Positions 1 to 4,717 of a DNA stretch of 7,429 nt are shown piece after piece. Origin of the DNA: Candidatus Iainarchaeum sp. (GTDB lineage Archaea; Iainarchaeota; Iainarchaeia; Iainarchaeales; 0-14-0-20-30-16); NCBI GenBank assembly GCA_903916665.1, contig CAIWXP010000116.1:1-7429 (forward strand), in the 5' to 3' direction. The first letter of the stretch is position 1; every line of letters begins with the position of its first letter. The position numbers and the translations under genes are program-made. The notes beneath the pieces are model-generated. The model saw only the letters and a list, made by a program, of their open reading frames with translations. It was not told the DNA's origin and made no database searches.

Positions 1-2
1 AT

Positions 3-2789
3 TGGAATGACGGCAATGGTTTTATTCCTGTAGGTTATTTAGCTCCGTGGGGTGCATTTACAGGATCATTTAATGGAAATAATCATACGATAAGTAATTT
101 ATTTATTGATAGAAATAGTGATGAGTTAGGATTATTTGGCTACGTACATAATGCAAACATTTATAATTTAAATTTAGTAAATACAAACATTTCAGTAGGA
201 TCAGATTATAGTTATATTTCTGGATTAGCGGGCTATGTTGAAGATTCTAATATTTATGATGTTAATATAAATGACATAAATATTTTTGGACCCGGGGCAT
301 ATTATTTTGGGGCACTATCCGGATACTTTGAAGACTCTAATGTTAATCATGTAAATGTTAGTAATGCAAATGTTTTTGGAGATAAAGATGTTGCTGGATT
401 TTTAGGATATGCTTATGGTTCTATAATTAATGATGTGAATGTTTCTGGAAATATTAATTCATATTATGGTTATGTTGGTGGATTAATTGGTGAAATGGAT
501 GATTCAAATATTTTGAATTCTCATTCATCTATGGATATTAATACAAATTATCCCGAAAAAAATGATTTTATTTGTGCTTATTGCACAGAGCAATATGTTG
601 GTGGTTTAATAGGTTACGCATCAACAGACGAGTGGGAATATAACTACATTAAAAATTCAAGTTCATCAGGAAATTTAACAACTAATGGATTTATTGTTGG
701 TGGTTTAATAGGTGGTTTGCGGGATACACAAATCTCTCAATCCTATGCAACAGGAGATGTAAATGCAAATTATTTTAATTATCTAATTATTAATGATGAT
801 CAAAATACAAATAATTTGTTGTTTTCGCCAGGTTATACAACACAAAGTGTGCCTATTAATCAAACTGAAGATCATAATGTTAGTGTAAGAATATCGTTTA
901 ATAAACCAGAAGTTGACGGACAATATATTCCTGTATTTGCAGATTTAGAAAAAGTATATTTAACCTGTGATGATCAAAATTATTCTCCTAATTCTGCAAT
1001 ATTAAATGATATGAATGATGTTTTAAATGATGTTTTGGAAGTAGATAATAATGCAGTTACATTATCTAACTATGCAACTAATTATTTAGATTTGAATTTT
1101 AGTTTGGGTGATTGTTCAAGTGATATCAATTTATATTTAACTGCAAATGTTTATGGAAAAGGTTTGCCAATGGAATATTATAGTAATTATATTTTGGGGC
1201 AAGATAAAAATTATATAACTTATTGGACTCCATCAACAGGGCATCCAGACGGAAATACGTATATTACAATGTTAGATGATGATGAAAATTTATATGTATA
1301 TGCGGATATAACTTCTGACAATACTTTAGATATTGGTTCTGGTTGGATTGATTTCACAATTGGTGCAAATAGATTCCATGTTGATGATTCAAATACAGAT
1401 TATGGTAATTGTCAATTTGGAATGACTGATAAAGTAAATTACAAACATGAATATTGTAATTTAACAATTCCAAAAAATGATATAAATAATTTAAATCAAG
1501 ATTTTAATTATAGATTAAGATATTATGGTACTGAAGGTGCTTATGGTGTTGGTGGCTTAATAGGTTATGCAAGTGAAGATACTATTAATGAAACCTATTC
1601 TGCTGGAAATGTAAATAGTAATTTAGATAATGTAGGTGGGCTAATTGGAATATTATTACGTTCGGATATAAATAATACTTATTCTACTGGAAATGTAAAT
1701 GGAAATACCAATGTAGGTGGCCTAATTGGTGGTTTGGAATATAATTATAGTTCAGCAAATTCATATTCTATAGGGTTAGTTTCAGGAAATCAATATGCGG
1801 GTGGTTTAATAGGAATTTTATATTCTAGCTCATCAATTATAAATTCATTTACTACTAGTTCAATTTTAGCAAGTGATTCTTATAGTCACAATATTGGTGT
1901 AGTAATAGGGCAGTTTTCAACCGACGATACAGAATCAGGATTATATTATTATAATTCTGATGATTCATTAAATTGTTACCATAATAATAATTCTAATGAT
2001 TATTCTAATGAGGGCTGTACAAAAGTTAATGATGAAAATTATTTTAAAGATAATAATTCAAATGCCCCTTTGAATAGTTGGGACTTTACACATATTTGGA
2101 AAATAAATGAAAATGGTTATCCAACATTAAGAATGATTTCATGGACGCCTGTTACACCTCCGAATAATCATTCATCATCTGGTGGTGGATCAAACACAAT
2201 AACAGTAAATACTTCTGGAATATTAAGAGGAATTTTACAAGGTCAAATAATTGAATTCACTGTTGATAAAAAAGGACATTATGGTATAAAACATAAATTA
2301 ATTGTTAAAGATATAAACTCAGATTTTAATAGTGTAACATTTGATTTATACTCAACACCAATGAGTTATACCTTATCAATTGGACAAGAAATAAAAAGAG
2401 ATTATGATGGTGATGGAAATTACGATTTAAGTGTAAAATTATTATCAATTGTAAATGGAAAAGCTAGCTTTGAATTAAAAGCAATAAATGATCCTGTAAA
2501 TCCAGTCGTTATTGCAGATAAAAATACAAATAACAATACAAATATAAATGTAGATAATAATTCAAATATAAATAGTAATACAAATGTAAATGATAATACA
2601 AATTCAGTTATTATTGATAATAACGGGGATAACAATGTGATTAACAATACAAATACTAATGTTGAAAATAATTTTAACTATGGGTTTGATTGGGGATCAT
2701 TGGTAGTATTGATAATTATCATTATTGTCCTATTTGGTGTTTGGTATTACTTTATTAGAAAGCCAAAGCATCATTATAGACATTTATGA
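3..2789 (+). CDS. Large cell-surface protein, 5'-truncated by the window edge. It has GLUG-motif (GGLIG) beta-helix-type repeats, an inserted Cys-containing domain, an Asn-rich stalk and a C-terminal TM anchor.
   Basis: The frame of the 435 ORF is open from nt 3 with no stop. My hand translation of 3-434 reads WNDGNGFIPVGYLAPWGAFTGSFNGNNHTISNLFIDRNSDELGLFGYVHNANIYNLNLVNTNISVGSDYSYISGLAGYVEDSNIYDVNIND... There is no in-frame ATG before the GTG at 435, so the track start is an artefact and the real start lies upstream of the window. The protein contains an FxGxFNGNNHTISNL motif and seven exact GGLIG motifs plus degenerate copies (SGLAGY, GALSGY, AGFLGY). The repeat units end in xN(S/T)YxxGxVxG. 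A WDFTHIWKINENGYPTLR module follows. The hydrophobic span LVVLIIIIIVLFGVWYYFI (2700-2756) is followed by the basic tail RKPKHHYRHL and a TGA stop at 2787-2789. Confidence 0.85.
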   Translation, partial: WNDGNGFIPVGYLAPWGAFTGSFNGNNHTISNLFIDRNSDELGLFGYVHNANIYNLNLVNTNISVGSDYSYISGLAGYVEDSNIYDVNINDINIFGPGAYYFGALSGYFEDSNVNHVNVSNANVFGDKDVAGFLGYAYGSIINDVNVSGNINSYYGYVGGLIGEMDDSNILNSHSSMDINTNYPEKNDFICAYCTEQYVGGLIGYASTDEWEYNYIKNSSSSGNLTTNGFIVGGLIGGLRDTQISQSYATGDVNANYFNYLIINDDQNTNNLLFSPGYTTQSVPINQTEDHNVSVRISFNKPEVDGQYIPVFADLEKVYLTCDDQNYSPNSAILNDMNDVLNDVLEVDNNAVTLSNYATNYLDLNFSLGDCSSDINLYLTANVYGKGLPMEYYSNYILGQDKNYITYWTPSTGHPDGNTYITMLDDDENLYVYADITSDNTLDIGSGWIDFTIGANRFHVDDSNTDYGNCQFGMTDKVNYKHEYCNLTIPKNDINNLNQDFNYRLRYYGTEGAYGVGGLIGYASEDTINETYSAGNVNSNLDNVGGLIGILLRSDINNTYSTGNVNGNTNVGGLIGGLEYNYSSANSYSIGLVSGNQYAGGLIGILYSSSSIINSFTTSSILASDSYSHNIGVVIGQFSTDDTESGLYYYNSDDSLNCYHNNNSNDYSNEGCTKVNDENYFKDNNSNAPLNSWDFTHIWKINENGYPTLRMISWTPVTPPNNHSSSGGGSNTITVNTSGILRGILQGQIIEFTVDKKGHYGIKHKLIVKDINSDFNSVTFDLYSTPMSYTLSIGQEIKRDYDGDGNYDLSVKLLSIVNGKASFELKAINDPVNPVVIADKNTNNNTNINVDNNSNINSNTNVNDNTNSVIIDNNGDNNVINNTNTNVENNFNYGFDWGSLVVLIIIIIVLFGVWYYFIRKPKHHYRHL
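2523..2678 (+). repeat. Asn-rich low-complexity stalk with (N-x)n dipeptide periodicity, inside the surface-protein CDS
   Basis: The translation is NTNNNTNINVDNNSNINSNTNVNDNTNSVIIDNNGDNNVINNTNTNVENNFN. At the DNA level it is degenerate AAT-NNN reiteration (aat aca aat aac aat aca aat ata aat gta ...). It sits between the last folded module and the TM anchor. Confidence 0.7.
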
Positions 2790-2796
2790 ATAACTT

Positions 2797-2843
2797 GGGC
2801 TTTCTTAAGCCCTATCTTCTTCTTTTATCTTCTCTTCTCTTCG
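2797..2843 (+). terminator. Putative terminator of the surface-protein gene: a hairpin plus a polypyrimidine/T-rich tract
   Basis: The hairpin GGGCTT-tctt-AAGCCC (2797-2812) starts 8 nt after the stop. It is followed by a ~30-nt almost pure pyrimidine run, tatcttcttcttttatcttctcttctcttc. Archaeal termination uses T-rich tracts. There is no experimental support. Confidence 0.35.
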
Positions 2844-2848
2844 GTTAC

Positions 2849-2864
2849 AAGCTTTTAAAAGCTT
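2849..2864. promoter_or_regulatory. Perfect 16-bp palindrome AAGCTTTTAAAAGCTT immediately upstream of the tyrS TATA-like box; candidate operator
   Basis: The sequence is self-complementary over all 16 nt. It lies 7 nt upstream of the AT-rich box at 2871-2888. Confidence 0.3.
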
Positions 2865-2870
2865 TCTAGT

Positions 2871-2910
2871 ATTAAATATATAATTATACTTATGATACAT
2901 TATTAGGGGA
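2871..2910 (+). promoter_or_regulatory. Candidate tyrS promoter (TATA-like attaaatatataattata) and SD-like AGGGGA
   Basis: The TATA-like box at 2871-2888 is centred about 39 nt upstream of the ATG at 2916. A TSS about 26 nt downstream of the box would leave a short leader containing AGGGGA (2905-2910), 5 nt before the ATG. This rests on position and composition only. Confidence 0.35.
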
Positions 2911-2915
2911 TTTTT

Positions 2916-3953
2916 ATGGATGCAAGTAGAAAGTTTGAGTTAATTACAAGAAATCTACAAGAAGTAATGGAAGAAGCACAATTGAAAGAAATATTAGATA
3001 AAAGAGATTTAAAAGTATATTTAGGCACTGCCCCAACAGGGAGAGTTCATATAGGTTATTTAATTCCTTTTACTAAGTTTGCTGATTTTTTAGAGGCCGG
3101 TTGTGAAGTAACAATTTTATTAGCTGATTTACATGCTTTTTTAGATTCGCAAAAAACTCCTTGGGAATTATTGGATGCAAGAACTTTATACTATGAACAA
3201 GTAATTAAAGAAACTTTGAAAGCAATGAAAGTTGATATTACAAAATTAAAATTTGTAAGAGGAACAGACTATCAATTATCAAGAGAATTTTGTTTGGATG
3301 TTTATAGATTTGCAAGTATAACAACAGTAAATGAAGGAATAAAAGCTGGTGCCGACGTTGTTAAACAAAGTGAGAATCCAAGATTAGCACCTGTGTTATA
3401 TCCTTTGTTACAAAGTTTGGATGAAGAATATTTGAAAGTAGATGCTCAATTTGGTGGAAATGATCAAAGAAAAATATTTGTTATGGCCCACGAATATTTA
3501 CCTAAATTAGGTTATAAAAAAAGAATACATTTAATGAATCCTATGCTACCTGGATTAACAGGTGGAAAAATGAGTGCTTCAGACCCAAGTTCTAAAATAG
3601 ATTTATTAGATACTTCAGAGGCAATAAAGAAAAAATTAAATGGTGCATTTTGTCCTGAAGGTGTTATCGAAGGCAATGGTGTATTAACATTTATTAAATA
3701 TGTTTTATTTCCTTATTTAGAAAGAATAAATCAAAGTTTTAATGTTGAAAGACCAGATAAATTTGGTGGAAATGTTTCATTTGCAAATTATACTGAATTA
3801 GAAAATGTATTTGTTGAAAAGAAAATACATCCGATGGATTTAAAAAATTCAATTGCAAAATATTTGATACAAATATTAGCGCCTGTTAGAACAGCATTTG
3901 AATCTCAAGAGTATAGTGCAAACCTAGAAAAAGCATATTCAAATGAAAAGTGA
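2916..3953 (+). CDS. tyrS: Tyrosyl-tRNA synthetase, archaeal/eukaryal type (class Ic)
   Basis: The HIGH-type motif is H-I-G-Y (3048-3059, in GRVHIGYL). The KMSKS-type motif is K-M-S-A-S (3567-3581). From memory, the protein is collinear with Methanocaldococcus jannaschii TyrRS along its whole length: DLHAFLD, ENPRLAPVLYPLLQSLD, GGNDQRKI, CPEGVIEGNG, ERPDKFGGN and HPMDLKN all match. The Tyr-specifying Tyr (KVYLGTAPTG) and Asp (QSLD) are retained, which favours Tyr over Trp specificity. Confidence 0.95.
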   Translation: MDASRKFELITRNLQEVMEEAQLKEILDKRDLKVYLGTAPTGRVHIGYLIPFTKFADFLEAGCEVTILLADLHAFLDSQKTPWELLDARTLYYEQVIKETLKAMKVDITKLKFVRGTDYQLSREFCLDVYRFASITTVNEGIKAGADVVKQSENPRLAPVLYPLLQSLDEEYLKVDAQFGGNDQRKIFVMAHEYLPKLGYKKRIHLMNPMLPGLTGGKMSASDPSSKIDLLDTSEAIKKKLNGAFCPEGVIEGNGVLTFIKYVLFPYLERINQSFNVERPDKFGGNVSFANYTELENVFVEKKIHPMDLKNSIAKYLIQILAPVRTAFESQEYSANLEKAYSNEK

Positions 3954-3957
3954 TTTC

Positions 3958-4362
3958 ATGCAAATAAGAAAAGCAAAAACTAGTGATGCACAAGGTTCAT
4001 TCAAAGTAATTCAATGTGACTTTGGTAAACATATTTTAAAGAAAGATTTTGAATTAAGTTCAAAGAATAAAGATGTTGTTTATTTAGTTTTAGAAGATCA
4101 AAAGAAAATAATTGGTTATGTTCTAGGTTTTATTGTTCCAACAAGAAGAACAGAAGCTTTAATTCATGAAGTGCGAATTTTAGGATCCTATAGAGGAAAA
4201 AATTTGGGTAAAAAATTAGTTGATGCCTGTTGTAAAGAATTATTTGCAAAAGGCGTAAAAGATATTTATGCTGAAATAGAAAGCGAATTAGAAAAGTTTT
4301 ATTGTAAAACCTGTAAATTTAAAAAAGTAAATAATTGGATTGAAGTAGTTAAGAAAAAATAA
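3958..4362 (+). CDS. Small GNAT-family N-acetyltransferase (RimI-like size)
   Basis: It has a GNAT core: beta4/motif A is IHEVRILGSYRGKNLGKKLVDACCKELFAKG, an R-x-x-G-x-G/A variant (RGKNLG), and it ends with a FY..C.FKKV tail. I prefer the ATG at 3958. That start gives MQIRKAKTSDA, a typical GNAT N-terminus, and is preceded by SD-like GTGAT at 3950-3954, 4 nt after the tyrS stop. The track start ATG at 3943 overlaps tyrS by 11 nt and cannot be excluded. Confidence 0.75.
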   Translation: MQIRKAKTSDAQGSFKVIQCDFGKHILKKDFELSSKNKDVVYLVLEDQKKIIGYVLGFIVPTRRTEALIHEVRILGSYRGKNLGKKLVDACCKELFAKGVKDIYAEIESELEKFYCKTCKFKKVNNWIEVVKKK

Positions 4363-4368
4363 AAAGTC

Positions 4369-4388
4369 TTTTTACAAAAGCCATTTTT
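4369..4388 (+). terminator. Two T5 tracts downstream of the tyrS-GNAT operon (oligo-T terminator candidates)
   Basis: cTTTTTa (4369-4373) and caTTTTTa (4384-4388) lie within 26 nt of the TAA stop at 4360-4362. No strong hairpin is present. Confidence 0.35.
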
Positions 4389-4466
4389 ATGCATTCTCAT
4401 AAAATAATCCTTGCGAATTATTTTAATCAAATACATCAAAAGCTTTCACTTCGTGAACCATTTTGA

Positions 4467-4616
4467 TGCCAAAAGGGGGACTTGAACCCCCGACCTCCAG
4501 ATTTCCCATTTCAAGAAATCTATCTAATCATCAACCTTCTTTCAAAGGTTTCATCACTCACAATTTCAATTTAAACATTATGAGTCTGGCGCTCTAACCA
4601 ACTGAGCTACCTTGGC
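4467..4616 (-). tRNA. tRNA-Met(CAU), elongator-type (tRNA-Ile2 CAU not excluded), with a 76-nt intron at canonical position 37/38; CCA is not encoded
   Basis: The minus strand reads GCCAAGG-TA-GCTC-AGTTGGTTA-GAGC-G-CCAGA-CTCATA[intron]A-TCTGG-AGGTC-GGGGG-TTCAAGT-CCCCC-TTTTGGC-A. The acceptor stem is 7 bp (G1-C72, with two G-U pairs at 6:67 and 7:66). U8, G18G19 and the T-loop TTCAAGT are present. The anticodon CAT is at 4582-4580. Removing 4503-4578 gives a 74-nt cloverleaf. It is not an initiator, because it has G1-C72 and no GGG/CCC in the anticodon stem. The 3' flank is TCAAAA, so there is no genomic CCA. Confidence 0.9.
4503..4578 (-). ncRNA. tRNA intron with box C/D-like architecture: two UGAUGA boxes, D-like UUGA/AUGA boxes, a k-turn, and antisense elements to C34 and U39 of the host pre-tRNA
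   Basis: GUGAUGA lies at 4551-4557 and UGAUGA at 4528-4533 (minus strand). UUGA lies at 4511-4514 and 4542-4545. The hairpin AACCUU/AAGGUU spans 4533-4550. There are 7-9 bp complementarities to both splice-junction regions, with N+5 registers on C34 and U39 (details in findings). No canonical CUGA is present and the terminal C/D pairing is unresolved, hence the moderate confidence. Confidence 0.45.
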
Positions 4617-4620
4617 ACAA

Positions 4621-4680
4621 GCCTTTTTAGAAAAAAGGCACTGTCTGCCAAAAACTAGTGGATTGCATTTTGCAATACAC
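4621..4680 (-). terminator. Cluster of hairpins with T5/T6 tracts between the RtcA-like gene and the tRNA (candidate terminators, possibly alternative structures)
   Basis: On the minus strand, hairpin A is GTGTATTGCA-aaa-TGCAATCCAC (4680-4658; 9 bp plus 1 mismatch), followed by tagTTTTT. Hairpin B is GGCA-gacag-TGCC (4649-4637), followed by TTTTTT (4636-4631). Hairpin C is GCCTTTTT-tct-AAAAAGGC (4639-4621). C shares its GCC with B and ends 4 nt before tRNA position +1. Confidence 0.4.
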
Positions 4681-4717
4681 ATTGCTTCGCAAACAAAAAA
4701 ATAATTATAAATTATTT

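Noticed and set aside
435-437. GTG at 435 as the start of the 784-aa ORF
   Set aside because: The same frame is open back to nt 3 and encodes further GLUG-type repeat units collinear with the rest. The ORF caller simply found no earlier start codon inside the window.
2420-2647. 75-aa minus-strand ORF from the track (MLITLLSPLLSIITEFVL...)
   Set aside because: It lies entirely antisense to the Asn-rich stalk of the surface-protein CDS. Its Leu/Phe/Ile-rich sequence is simply the reverse complement of AAT/AAC-rich codons. It has no motif and no promoter or RBS context.
2676-2789. PGF-CTERM / archaeosortase sorting signal at the C-terminus of the surface protein
   Set aside because: The layout of a TM helix plus a basic tail is similar, but the diagnostic Pro-Gly-Phe tripeptide is absent (the sequence is NYGFDWGS). 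I call it only a C-terminal TM anchor.
3943-4362. The GNAT as the toxin of a type II toxin-antitoxin pair
   Set aside because: There is no small DNA-binding antitoxin ORF adjacent. The upstream partner is tyrS and the downstream region is a terminator followed by a convergent tRNA.
2857-4447. The shared 10-mer AAAAGCTTTC at 2857-2866 and 4438-4447
   Set aside because: A single 10-nt match in a 7.4-kb AT-rich window is expected by chance, and there is no further flanking similarity.
4389-4466. 25-aa plus-strand ORF (MHSHKIILANYFNQIHQKLSLREPF) ending exactly at the tRNA 3' end
   Set aside because: It is too short, has no RBS or promoter, and sits in the convergent terminator region. It is most likely chance.
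4503-4578. A fully canonical archaeal box C/D sRNA (C-12nt-D'-loop-C'-12nt-D with CUGA boxes and a terminal k-turn)
   Set aside because: There is no CUGA anywhere in the intron. One box assignment gives a 5-nt C-D' spacer. The other lacks a convincing terminal box C. The element is therefore reported only as C/D-like, with both readings stated.
4467-4616. Initiator tRNA-Met identity
   Set aside because: Archaeal initiators have an A1-U72 pair and three consecutive G-C pairs at the bottom of the anticodon stem. This tRNA has G1-C72 and the anticodon stem CCAGA/UCUGG. Elongator Met cannot be separated from Ile2 (CAU) by eye.
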